This document shows positions 10,203 to 23,790 of a stretch of DNA of 64,000 nt, piece by piece. The translations under genes and the position numbers were made by a program. A model generated the notes under the pieces. The model saw only the letters and a program-made list of their open reading frames with translations, had not been told where the DNA came from and made no database searches. Positions within the stretch are counted from its first letter, which is position 1. Each line of letters starts with the position of its first letter. Origin of the DNA: Phallusia mammillata (Eukaryota); the NCBI GenBank assembly GCA_965637545.1, contig OZ281496.1, positions 3,348,001 through 3,412,000 on the forward strand. Direction: 5' to 3'.

Positions 10203-13200
10203 ATGTTACTAATATTTCTTGTAATGCTGTCTGGTATAATCGGATGCTTGGAAAGTAAATGTCCGGGAGAGGATTTCAGCATAGCTCCACGTCCCTATAA
10301 AAGTAAGATGAGTTGATTGAATTATTCAGTAGGTTGAGTTTTTGCTGTGACATTCTAAACCTCTAAAGCTTAAGTGGTCAGTTAATACTCAGTCAAAAGG
10401 GCAACCAGATCTCTTGGGTTCAATTGCCCAATCTCTTATCTCATAGCATCTACTGCATGTCGGAATGTAGTAAAATGGCAAACAAAATTCGTGAAATGCA
10501 CGGCTCTAAGTTACTGTCAAATAGCGATAATGTAATGATTGCAGATATATGTTTTTTTGCCCTGAAGGCTAGTAAGTCGAGGGCAGCACTATCGAAACAC
10601 CAGTTACAGTGTAACATAACACCACAAAAAAATTTATGCCATCAACTATATTTAAAAAAACAATATTGTGACAAACAACAAACATATATACATTGTAGCA
10701 TAGTAATACAGCCAACTGTGCTTAAATTCTTTGTGTAAAAATGATAGCAATTGCTGATTATAAACACAGGCTATTTCGATCATTCTATAAAAACGTTGCA
10801 TATGATAGACAATGATTGTATCATGTAAATTCACTGGCCTGCCTAAGTAAAACACATAACTTCTAAAAGTTATGCACAAACCTCTTGGGGGGCCGCTGGG
10901 TTGACATCCCTGGGCTACAGTTTCCGCTTTGACATATATTGTTAAACAACCCTTCAAACCAGTGAATCTTAACTTTTTTGTGCGTTTTCTTTTTTCGTAT
11001 TTTTTATTGTTTTCGTATTTTGATTTTAATGACATACATATGCAGCCTATACCGAAATGTAACAATTGTCATTTAATTCAGTGGTAATACAAATGTTTAT
11101 TCGTATACTGAAGTCTATCCGTCGCACGTTTTTGTCAGCGTTCACGTACTTCAACAGGTCGATGTGTTTCAACCACACTTAAGGTGTCTTCTAAAAACAA
11201 TGCAGGTGTGTTGTTACCGCGATACTGAATGTGTATTCGATTAACAACACGCCGCACAGGACAGACAACACGTCAGGGGTGTTGATTCAAGTCCAGGTGA
11301 TCAGTTTCAAGTCTAGAAAACACAGAACAACACGCCGCTTGACAACACTTCTTAGTGTGTCGTGTGTTGTATAGCGTTTAGAATTGGCGCGTTGCACCGG
11401 TTTTCTAGTGATACTGGTCAGTTTTGTTAAACAATCTAGGTTTTTATGTTCGTTTACAAATCAAATCGATTGTGTTACTTATGTTTACAGAAAATAAATA
11501 TAGAGAACAATTTTTACGACAATAAATTTTTCCAACATTTAACTGAAACCTTTTCAATGCAGAACCTAAAAATCTCCCGGTATGCGAGAAACCATACCGC
11601 GGTCCCAACTGCACCTGCCCTTCTTCAATGTTCGAATGTGCTTGTCACAAATTTGGTCGGTGTGGAGACAAACCAGGATGCATAAAGATGTCCAAGGTTA
11701 ACAACTGGGGAAATGCATGTGAAGATTGGAGCGACGAGTTAAGTGACATTTGCCCTTCAGGCAGTTTTGAGTGTGACTGCTTCAATACAACTTGTAAAGA
11801 TAGACGTAGCTGTATTCCAAAGGGTCGTCGATGCAATCGGGAAATAGATTGTTTAGATGGCAGTGATGAGATTAATTGCTCTTGTCCGGATAATCAGTTT
11901 GAATGTGATTGTTACAAAACAAGCAACTGCAGTTCCCCATTTTTCGTCGCTGGCTGCTTCCCCAAAACCAAACAATGTAATGGAATAAACGACTGTGAAG
12001 ATTGGAGTGACGAACTTTACTGCACTTGTCCGACTGATCAGTTCAAATGTAATTGTTACAAAACTAACCACTGTGAATTGGACAAAATTTGCATCAACAA
12101 AAATCAGTTATGTGATGGAAGTAACGACTGTGGAAATTGGATTGATGAGATAAACTGCACATGTCCAGTTGATCATTTTGAATGCGATTGTTATAAAACA
12201 AATAATTGCACAAACCGTCAATATTGTTTACGCAAAGACTTACAATGTGACGGAAATAATGACTGTGGAGATTGGAGTGATGAAGTTAATTGCACTTGTC
12301 CTGATCACAAGTTTAAATGCGAGTGTTATAAAACAAACAGTTGTAAAATTGGCAACGGTTGCATTGAGAACAGCTGGCAATGTAATGGAAAAGATGACTG
12401 TGGTGATTGGAGTGATGAGGCTAATTGCACTTGTCCTGATCATAAGTTTGAATGCGATTGTTACAAAACAAAGAACTGCAAAAATGGATTGGGCTGTTTT
12501 ACAAAAGACTGGCAGTGTAACGATATTCATGAATGTGGAGATGGCAGTGATGAAAAGAATTGCACTTGTCCTGCTCATCAGTTTAAATGTGCATGTGTTG
12601 GTACAAAATGCTACAGTGGTATGGAGGGAAGTTGTATTCATCGATCTTTGTTGTGCGATGGAAATCGAGATTGTTTTGATGGCAGTGACGAGACACATTA
12701 CACATGTAACTGCTCTGGAGTTGATGCAAGATGTTCGTCTGATCCTGGTAACAAACACCGCCTATCTACTGGCAGATGCATACCTTTCGACTGGTTAGGT
12801 GACGGAGTAAAAGATTGTTCTGATGGGAGTGACGAAATCTGTTCAGTATCAAACTATACATGTCAGTCTTGCAAAATGTTTGCCACAGCCTGCAAAGGTG
12901 TAAAACATAATAACTACCTTGTCCATTCCCCAATTCCGTCAGTGTGCAATGCAGTAATGCAACCATCGTGTGCTGATGACATTAATAATTGCACAATCAC
13001 AACAGGTTATTGTGTGTCTACGGAATGCGAAACTCCACAAACATTTTGCTGGGATACATTTGTTTGTGAAAATGAACAGGTTGCTAATGTGAATGACTTT
13101 TGTAATTTAGTTAATGGTTGCAGTGATAATAGCGACGAAATTGTAAATGGATTTGGATTTAAGTGTTCTGGATTATCGAGACAAGGTGTTTGCGTTTTAC

Positions 13201-15272
13201 CACAAGTCAACGTCTACGATTCAGTGGCTCAATGTTCGGATAAATCCGATCTCTGTTTTGTGAACGGACAGTTTAGTTGTTTTCAGTGCTTAGATAAGAA
13301 GTTGATCATATCGCCAAAGCAAGTATGTGATGGTATAGTGGATTGCTTTGATATGTCTGATGAGTGTTTGTGTTTAAATCAGAGTTTGTGTAACGATATT
13401 AGAGGTACTTGTCCATCAAATCAGATACACTGCCAAAACAAATCTGACTGTTCGCACTTAAACGGAAAGTTGTGTAATTCAAGCGTGAAATGTGTTGACC
13501 AAATCAACATGAAATATTGTTCGTCTTTAAAGGAACAAGGACAGACACAATGTTTAGCAAACAATGAAGGCTTCGGAATTGAAAACATTTTAAGTTCCAG
13601 AAAATACAACAAGTTGTTAAGGCCATGATATGATCATATTTCTGGTTTTGTAGTGGACACAAACAAACTCTTATGCTCAATTTGTGACGGAGTTATTTGG
13701 GATGCAATGTGGCTTCAAGGTGAATTGGATTGTCCAGATATGTTTTATTGTTTTTCAAGTGGAGAAATCAACATCAAATACACTCGGGTGTGTGATGGAA
13801 CAATCGATTGCCACGATGGTTCTGATGAATTTGTAGAACTTTGTCACAACACCCGGTATTATTGCAAAACAAACGATAAAGTTTCTATCCACAAAAATTC
13901 TGTTTGTGACGGAATTATCGACTGTGACGATAAAACAGATGAAAGCAGATGTCGCTGTGAAAAGGAAAGATTTTATTGTAAAAAGAAACAACCTTTATCA
14001 GTTGATTTGAAACTTGTGAATAATGGAATTCAAGATTGTTCAGACGGAAGTGATGAATGTGTGGATTTGATTGACAATGCTTTTGCAGATGTTAACGAAA
14101 TGATTGCCAATCCCATATATCGAGTAATGTTTTGGATAACAGCCGTCTTAGCATTGGGAGGAAATTTGTTTGTTTTGATTGCAATTAGTTACAGCCTATG
14201 GACAGTAAAGAAGAACCAAAAAGGTTTTATTAACACCAGTGTTTTCATCATTAACCTCTGTTGCTCAGATCTTCTAATGGGAATTTATCTGCTTGCAATT
14301 ATAGTGCAAGGAACACGATTTTCTGGCTCCTACTGTTTATTTGACAAAGAATGGAGATCAAGTAGTTTGTGTTCAGGACTTGGAGCGCTTGCAATCATAT
14401 CGTCTGAAGCATCGGCCTTTACAATGACAACCATGACCACATTTCGCCTTCTAACAACATTTAATCCATTACTTCATCGAACTACAAGAGTTCGCACCAT
14501 CGTGTATTTGGAGTTGTGTTGTTGGATTTCAGCTGTGGTTTTGGCAATTGTTCCTTTACTTCAGGTCTCCTCAGAATATTTTGCAAATGGCGTTTGGTTT
14601 CCAAACCATTTTTTTGAAACCGATTTTGTTTCCAGGGAGAACATGTCATTGCTTGCCACAAGAATTAAAAGTAAAACACCGCAGGATTGGAACGCTGTTA
14701 TACAAACAATTAAAGAGACATTTCCTCGTAATCCAATCAAAGGAGAGTTTGGATATTATGGAGAAACAAGCGTCTGTTTGCCACGTTTATTTGTCACAAC
14801 TGGTTAATTTGCTTGGGAATATTCAACTTTTCTCATTACAATCAACTTCCTTATGTTTATCTACATGGTGATTGCGTATGTTTTTATCTACAAACAGAGC
14901 AATCGCATGAATGGAGCCAGAAACACTGATATAAGTTCAAGTATGCAGAAAAGAATCTCGAGGTTGATTCTGACCGACTTCTGTTGCTGGATTCCAATTT
15001 GTTGCATGGGATATTTGAACCTTGGAGGAATCAAGATGCCACCAGATGCTTATGTGTTAAGCGCTTGTCTGTTGCTTCCAATCAACAGCGCCCTTAATCC
15101 TTTGATTTATTCCAAATCGATTCAAGATAATTTAAACAAAGCCAAAAATAGCGTTAAAGATAAATTGACGTCTCTTTGGGGATCCATGTTTCGCTCATCA
15201 GATTTTACTGTCAGGTACGACGCTTGTGCAGCCACTGAAAGCAACAGAGTGATTGAGATAATAAAATCGTAA
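10203..15272 (+). pseudogene. LDLa-repeat-rich rhodopsin-class GPCR (RXFP/GRL101-like 7TM, no LRRs) with two in-frame stops
   Basis: Exon 10203-10302 encodes a signal peptide (MLLIFLVMLSGIIGC) and splices in phase 1 to 11563-15272. Many LDLa-like modules (CDGxxDCxDxSDE), then 7TM motifs NLCCSDLLMGIYL, LTDFCCWIPI and PINSALNPLIYS. TGA at 13626-13628 and TAA at 14805-14807 interrupt a single reading frame. Confidence 0.85.
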
Positions 15273-17229
15273 TAGCTTTCTAAAATTTAATTCAACCTGA
15301 ATCTTAAAACATTTGAGGTCCTGGGAGATCCTTATGTTTTAAATTCTTAATGAAATCGTACTGCATATGCTTTCTGCCTACATGTACATAACTACTTAGC
15401 ATGGTAATTCATCTGTGTACAATATTTCACCGGCGCCCATGCAAATGTTTTAAATTTCCTTTTTTTAATCTCCACTTAGCGGGTATTCCCATGCGTTCTA
15501 GAACCTTATTTACTCTGCTTGACATAGACTAATTGATACTACACTTTGCTTTTTGTGAAAAAAAAATACCTTCGCCTAAAATTTTGGCACACATGTTTAC
15601 ATCCTTTTACAATCATTTTTAATGTAAGTTGTGTGATTTGTTTTGTAAGTCAATCAACTATTTTTACTTTCTGTGGTTTGCATGAATTTCAAAATTTGAA
15701 ATGTTATTGAAAAAGTGTGAGGAAAAGACTGCAATGAAATTAGGTTTGCTTGCATCCTTTATAACAGTTAGTTGTCTTTACCAACAACTAATCAGATTCC
15801 AAACACAGATACTTTTTGCAAATGTATTGTTGTTGCAAATTGTTTATGCAAGGTATAACCAACTAGAAAGACACAATGTACGAATACGCAGCATTAGACG
15901 AGAATGAAAGAAAGAAGGCAATCTGTCCGGTACGCTGTATTTATGAGCAATCTCTGTGCGCAAGGAAACTGTAAACGCAGTGAAGGATTGTTATTAGACT
16001 TGATTTTTTTTGCGAACCGCACCAGATTAAACAGTTGTGCTCTTATGCTTTGAAATCCTACTAACTCGTATTGGACAATGTTTGCTAAATACCGATAGAT
16101 GGCGCAAAGAGGGTCTGTAATTATTCAAAGAAAATTGTATGCAAGCTGACGTTTAGGGCAATTAGAGATGGTGTGACGGTTTGTAATAAAAAGAAATTTA
16201 ACCTGTAAACTTAGGTTCTCATTTTAAATTTAATTCCTAACTCTATCCAAGTCTCAATGTTTATTTAAATAACTATGCTCTTAACACCACCAATTGGAAC
16301 TTAGTACCTGTCTTAAAGAATATTACTAGTAGCTCTACCCTGATATATACCCTTGTATAGGTAAAAATTTAAAGGTGTTAATTGAAAGCTGATTTCATCA
16401 AAATACAGATTTTTAACTGATGCAACAAGAAACCTATACAACAAACAACAATGTTACACATAAGAACATAGCACACCAAACAACCGTCTTGGAATATCAC
16501 AATTTAGAGTGTTTTGTTTGTCAGCCACATTGACCAGAAACAAAACATCACAACTGTAATCTTTTCATGAAAACCAGTATAGATATTTTTAAAGTAATTC
16601 TAAATCGATTGCCCATTTGCACTATAATAATTTCGTGCAACTTTTACAGACGTCCTTACATGATGCGTTAATTTAGCTTGGTTAAAGCACATATAGCGTC
16701 ACGAAGGATTTGACAAATCACCAAGCTTGAAATATATGGGTAAAGTTGAAACGTTATGGAGTGCAAAATCGTAGCTGGCGTAGTTGATGGACCGTGACTA
16801 AACGATCTAAAGCTACACTGTATTATGAAGCGTTATGTGGCGGGAGCTCACCAGGGAGTGAGATTGACGTGTTGTTTGTATAGCTAGATTGGGGGAAAGT
16901 GGGGCGTTGGTGGGACCAGGTTTGGGCGGCCTACAGGCTAACCACCAGTGTTAGGAAAATGAGCTGCAACCACACTCAGCCACGCTCTTTAATAACATCA
17001 CAAAACGCATTGCTCAGCAAATCACATGAGAATTTTTCAGCTATTAAAAGCAATAAAACATTACGTGCAATTGCCCATTTCGATGTTAAACTTGTGCGCC
17101 AAACGACATATGCAAGTTCTTTTTGTATCATGTAGACCAAGGCAAAATACAGTCTTGCCAAATTAAATCAAAATTCTGCGAAGCTTACTGTTAAACTTTC
17201 AGTATGGGTTTTAGTACATATGGACAATT

Positions 17230-17560
17230 TAATTCAGCCTGTTACTCCCAACAAAAGAACGCTGACGACTAACGTGAGGTACATAATACGCGTTTAACAC
17301 AGTTAGATGTAGCGGCATCGGTTCAGGATAAGCGTCGCAACTGTATTGATCTGGTTTGAATCACCTGCTTTGTGTTGCGGGGCTTGCAGTGTTTACGACT
17401 GCGAGTCCACCGTGTTATAATGTAGAAAAGGAAACCCGCTTGTCGCATATGAAGTGTTGCAGCTGAGAATAGCATTATAATACTGGTATTGTTAAAATGA
17501 TTTAGACAAAGTTGTAGCCACACTTGACTCAACAAGTTCAAATAAAACATGTTAAAATAG
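17230..17560 (+). promoter_or_regulatory. Conserved upstream block of CUB-ZP gene A
   Basis: Non-coding similarity to 28370-28580 and to the reverse complement of 53335-53760; core CTGTATTGATCTGGTTTGAATCACCTGC at 17341-17368. Confidence 0.55.
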
Positions 17561-17731
17561 AGAAAGGCAAGAATATGCGTACGTACTAGTATATGTGCAA
17601 ATACATATAGTTGTAAGTTGTATTGATAAGCTTAGTACTAAATCAGTATTTTTAATACTTTATTCGCATTGTATATTAGCAGGTAGTTAATGGTATAAAA
17701 CAGTTGTCTTTTGTCCAACAAAACGATCAAA

Positions 17732-20700
17732 ATGTCAATTCAGCTGATAAACTTTGCTCTTTTAGTCTGCTCTATGAGTTTATTACATCGAGGTGAGTAC
17801 GTTTTGGCAAAAGCAATGCAATATAGTCATTAGAAACTACCTTCTTTTAATAGCAGCATATAAAACTTACAAACTTAGACCTAAATGACATTTTACTTTA
17901 ACTTATCAAATGAAACCTAAATTGTGTAAGTTTAAATATTGCATTTGCACGAAGAGTCGTCATCAAAAACGAGATTAAAAAACAAACTATAAGTTTTAAT
18001 GATTTTCGAACGATTTAAATTAAACAAATACTTTGGCAAAACCTGTTTATTCGGGTCTTAAAGACTCGGTGCAAAATGTTGTACAAATAAACTGGTAAAA
18101 AATATTCATTAGGCCTACAATAGCGACGCAAAGTTGCGCTGTCATAAACCGCCACGAAGCGGATGGCACATTTGTGGATAAATAGAAAACGCGCAGCAGC
18201 TATGCCGAACTCCCTATGTAGCAGTTTATTGGTGTCATGGTTTTATATGAGTTCGCGCTTGTTTTTTTCTAATTATGAATGTAATGTTCAGTTTCAGGTA
18301 TACAGTGTCGTAGGCCTGATGTAAACTGGAATGTTTTTTCTGCAACCATTCAAGACACATGCACATCGTGGACTCGACGTTTTACTCACAATCAGCGTTC
18401 AAATATATTCGTTGCTTATTTTCGTGCAGGAGAGCTTGCTACAGACAACTTTTGTAGGGTATGAGATTTGTATCGATGTTTCACTTTTAACCTCTAGGAC
18501 GAGAAACACATGATTGAGTTATGTTCACAATGAGCTTTCGAACTGTCTGCACCTCATTGCTATTTTCTGGTACTGTTTTTCGTTTTTCGCCCTCAGGGAA
18601 TAAATTACTTCAGAAACACGAAAAACTGTAATGTAAAGTAATATTAAAAACATTTTTCTAAACATTACTTTTTTAATTAGGAAGTCAAATCACCATTAAA
18701 ACAGTTTAAAAACATAAGTATGCATCGAAACACTATTACACCTATGCGAAAATAACAAGTCATTATAATTTGACTTTCGATAATATCTTCTGTTTACAAT
18801 CTTACACTTGTATTTGTAATTCAGTGCGAATACTCTTTTTAAACTTGATTTACAACAAGTAAAAAGTCATTTCAACCAGCATTGTTACTGGGCCGGGTTT
18901 GGGCTGATGTCTGATGTTGCAATCGGACATATTTGTGTCGTAATTTCAGAGTGGTAAAAAAATCTGGTGGGTATGCTCAAGTTCGGAATACGTTACAGAC
19001 ATGTATCTTCGGGATTAGTGAGAATTCGGGGGCAATTATAACTGTGATTAAAATTAAACCAATTCCACTGAAATGTACGTTAACTTGATTCTTTTTTATT
19101 AAGATTTATGAGGGAACGGATGATCAAGGTAAATTGGTTGGTACGTTGTTAGGTGGAGATTTCTCTTGCCCGATTGTCGTTAACATCTCGTCTGTCAGCG
19201 TGGTTTGTGTCACTAACCTTACAGCTGTATCTGTGATTATTGAAATACTGCCTGGTAAGTCGGATTTAATAAGTTTCTCAGGAAAGTTTAACTGAGTCTG
19301 TTTTGAAACTTTGCGAATCCCAGTTTCGATTTGAACACATTAAGATCAGTCAACTGCTTATGAACTGAAGTCACCACTTGCACTGTCACCAGCTTAACTA
19401 TTTTGTGTATTTTAGTTGTACAGTGCGGGGAAGATGTTACCGGCCCAGTTTATAACTTAAAATCTCCCAACTTTCCGAGTAACTACTCAACTTTCTCTGA
19501 TTGTGTTTGGAGATTTCACTTCAAAAGCAACACGTCTTTGGTGTTTCAATTCTCCAGTTTTGTCACGCAGGGTGGATTTGACTTTCTATACGTAAGTCAT
19601 TGTGTGTGTTTTGTTAAATCCCAAATCAGAACCCCAAAATAGACTGAATCCAAATTTTTTTAACAAGCCTGTCAAGCAAGGTCTACATAAGACTTTCAAG
19701 TAATGCGACATACATGACACTTTCTGGTTTCAGTTCAAGGACGCTGAAGGAGATGGGAACAGATTGTCTGGGTCATATGATGGGGGATTCAATCACACAG
19801 TTACTACAACAAATCTTACTGTCATCTTTATCAGTGACGGAAGCATTGCAGCGCAGGGATTTAATGCCACAGTCAACATTGGAGCAGGTGAATAGAACTC
19901 GATTTTTAACAGGAAGAAAACGTTAGTTAGCGCAGTAATTTGCTATGTCAATCAACTAAGAACTATATCAATCATTTTGCTATGTCAATCATTAAGAACC
20001 GGTAGTATGTTTATAAAAATCAACTCCTGAAGGTTTTAGCTTTTACCACTACTTCACGTAATGTGCTGAAGCATAACTGTATCCTTCAAATGTAGAAAAC
20101 GCCTGTAATTTGTTTCGCAAGTTGTTGTTTAAAAATAACCTAATAATTTTATTTTTTTGGGAATAGAACAATCAATGAGTGTTTGTAGTACCAAAGATTT
20201 AACCATCACGTAAGTTTTTGTTTGTTTTTCTTGTTTGTTGTAACATTACATAGATTTAATCAAATAGTGATTTTGGCATGGTTGTTGAAATTCCTGCAGA
20301 AAGATGTCATTTATAAACAAAATGTCTTCGTATGTCTTCGATTGAAATGTCACAGTTTATAACAGTGTGTAGTCCAAACGCAGTCATCGTCCACCAATTC
20401 CGTTTCCCACTGTGTTGAGCTCCATAACATTTACCGCTTGCACAGCTGTTTCCGGCATGGTGATTGGAATGGTGCAATTGTGTTGCTATATATGTTCTTT
20501 CCCCATGCAAATAAAACTAGCCAACAACCAAAATGGGCTATACTAAAAATATATTGTTAATGTAATGGACAGTTTATTTGACGATGGTATATTAGAAAAG
20601 TTATCAAGCCAATATTCGCAGAGTAACAGCTGAAGAGCAAAACACATTAGATTACGAACTCGGCGACACGCTTTACATCGCTTTGGACAGGGAAACTCCC

Positions 20701-23700
20701 CTTTCTGAACTCAATGACAGCTGCAAGTTCACGGGGTCAGACCCGGTGTTCGTGTTTGACATTGGCCAATGTGAAGCTTTCTACAAGGTAAAACGATCCT
20801 GATTTTTTTGCCATTTTAGATTTCATCATCGAGCCACTGTTAGCAAACACGTCATTTAGCATTTAGACGTTCGTTAAAACCATACAGACCTGGATCATCT
20901 ATACAGATATGTTCGACACATACTTATTTCGAGAATAGTAGTTACAATAAGTTTGTTTTTATTGCGGTTAAATTTTTGCTACCCTTTCAAAATGTTTTTT
21001 TTTTGTATGAACAGAATGAGAACGGAATGTTGTCGGTTTCCTTTCTGATTTGGAGATTCCTAGCTCCGTCCCCAGCAGTGATCCAACGCGACGTTCAAAA
21101 CAAACTTAATGTCACTTGTCTGTTCGACTCGGAACTACTTATCTCGTCATCAAACGTCCAGCCACAATCAGGGTAGGAAGACATCTACGGCACATGTCAC
21201 ATGCCACATGCCAACAAAGCACGCAGTATGCAAACTATAAACATGACATGTCATTGCATAAGTAAGCACATGCCAAACATGGAACATAGACTGAATATTT
21301 CACCAAATATTTCTGAGAAATTTTTATTTTATTATTAGTGCGAGTCAAACAACTCGGAAAGTAAACGGTTAAGTTAAAAACAATAAATGACAGCTATTAG
21401 TTTTCCATATTCCAAGAATTTCCCATAAACGTGTCAATTAATGTCGTAAACGTTAAAGTTTGTAACAGATCCATTGGAATTTCTGCTGAGAGTACAGGAA
21501 ACTTTGACGTCGCTCTAAATCTCTTTACGAACGAAAACTTTAACGAAAGCTTGCCCGGGGAAGTCACTGTGCCCAACTACATCTTTGCTGAAGTTAAACT
21601 TGATGAAATTTCTGCAAGCAACGATGACTTCATTGTCCAGGTAAAAAGTAAAACAAACTTATTGAAGCAAAATGGATAACAAACTCCCATGATACACCTA
21701 GTGTTTTTAAGTTAAACAGAAAGGTGTTGCTTAAGTCATTGTTTCGCTGTGTGTAACATAGTTGAGAGCTGGCCCGCAACTCATACCACAACCCTACCCG
21801 AACCCTAAAGCATAAGCGATAAGGCACAGACCCTACTCGTTTTTTATAGCTTGTATATGGCCGAAAGTCTGATTGACAGGCCTTTCCATGAAAGCCCACA
21901 AAAAGTACATAATATGTGAAATAATACAAATGGCTAAAACAAAAACGTTTCAGGGTTATTGGGCATTATATTTGAGTGTCAGAATCTTTTAAAACTGGAA
22001 GTTACCCAAAATGTAAAGTCAGGCCGAATTAAATTAATAAATTAAACTAATTTAAAACAAACCTTATTTCTTGATTCAATATTTTGACACATTTGTGCAC
22101 AGCTTGAAGAATGTTGGGCAACACGCGTCGAAAATTCCAGTGGTTTGCCAAGTTATCTGATTGTACAAAGCGGGTAAGCTGAGCAGGGGATGGATTTGCT
22201 GTTTTGTGATATTGTTGTGCTAAAATTGAACGACAGTAAGTGTTTCACAAAGCGTAAGATTGTCTTAAAATTGTTAGATGCATTGCGCCACCCAGTGGAA
22301 GCGAGTCCGCCGACGCAAAGGCGTTGATACGAAATTACAAATCCAATTTTGCAACTTTCAAACTGATGAGCTTTGTGTGGACAAACTTTACCGACGCAGG
22401 ACAATTTATCTACATCCACTGCGACGTGACCGTCTGTCATAATTCAACTGGACAATGCCCTGGACATGTGAGTTGAGTTCGGCAAAGTCTCACAGTCTTG
22501 ATGGACTAAAAACAAATATTTATTCTGTACTCAAATACATGGGCGTCGAGTTTAACAAGAATGCAAGGTAGCGGACGTAAATTGTAACGCCACTTCATGT
22601 GACGGCACTAAAGCGTGCAATCACACGAGCTCCAACTCAAAGCCAAATCAATAGAATGTAATGTTCGTCAAATTCTTATAAAAGTTTTTTTTTTTTTTAA
22701 CAATATTCATTTGAAACACTTTGCTTTAACGTTATTATTGGTTTAGCAACGTTTAGAAAATTTCGTCAACTTGTTGCTCTTGTATCACCTAAAATAACCA
22801 TTTGTACAGTACAATCGCATTGTACACAATAATGGCTATACATTCATTGCCAACAACTGTGTGTTTGACGTCAAAAACAAAGCACTAACCAAATCAGGTT
22901 GCAGTTTCGACTCGTTTTGGTGCTTTTTCGCCAGCGCGTTTGTTTTAAAGCAAAATTGTTCCCAAATTTTATCAGATTTGACGATGTTTCGTACGATACC
23001 GCTACAAGCAAATCAAATATCTGCGGTGGCCGCCTAGAGGCTTTACAAACCCAAGGTGACGGCACCATCCCGCCACCGCCCACTTGACGCCTATGCTCAA
23101 ATATGTTAAGATTTAAAACACAACATGTGACCTAAAATCTTTGAATTATTAATAAGAATCACGCTGTAACATATGAATGTCAACTTACTTGCAGATGTGT
23201 GGAGGTGTAGGACGACGATCTGTTGACAACAATGGACGCAACCAACGACTTTCTGCAGGACCAGTTCACATTTTACAAACTACCAAGTATTTGCTTGTGC
23301 AAGGTAACAAAAGCATAATAAAATGCTTTCATCCTGTCATGCTATTATTTTGAAATCAACAAGCGTAAGTTAGCTTGAATAAATGAATAAAATCAAATCC
23401 CACCAGAAAGTAGATTTTTTCTTGGCAATTATTTCTTCTCATTTGCTTAACCCTTGTATCATGAATACCTCTTAGCTTACCCTAAATCAGTATGACGTTC
23501 CTTGGTCTGGCGTACTGTGTTGTGTAGGTAGTCACATTTTTGGTGAAAAGCATATTGGAAGGCTGGTGCATGTAATAAGTATCCTTCCTTAAGTATGTTC
23601 ATATCTGTGTTAACATTTTCTTGCAGACACAACTAAAGAAAAAGATGAAGAAAATGAAGCAGCTTACAACATCTTCCAACTTGTGATGTTTGTTCTTCTG

Positions 23701-23790
23701 GTGGCTGTAGTGATGGGAGCTGGTTACATTGTGTGGGGCAACATTGCCCGAGATCCAAAGGCGAAATTAAAAAAAATCGTCTGTAGATAA
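17732..23790 (+). CDS. CUB-CUB-ZP-TM protein A (CUZD1-like architecture, 591 aa predicted)
   Basis: 13 GT-AG exons: 17732-17792, 18298-18458, 19104-19254, 19416-19591, 19734-19887, 20167-20209, 20622-20787, 21015-21172, 21469-21640, 22103-22173, 22278-22467, 23195-23303, 23627-23790. Signal peptide; CUB motifs LKSPNFPSNY..CVW and FISDGS..GF; ZP-C motif YIHCDVTVC; EHP-like LSAGPVHI; TM helix; open frame throughout. Confidence 0.9.
22538..23095. mobile_element. hAT-type MITE
   Basis: TIRs CATGGGCGTC...GACGCCTATG; 8-bp TSD CTCAAATA (22530-22537, 23096-23103). Confidence 0.85.

Noticed and set aside
13626-13628. Selenocysteine recoding of the TGA
   Set aside because: No SECIS-like element recognised after 15272, and the second stop is TAA, which Sec cannot explain.
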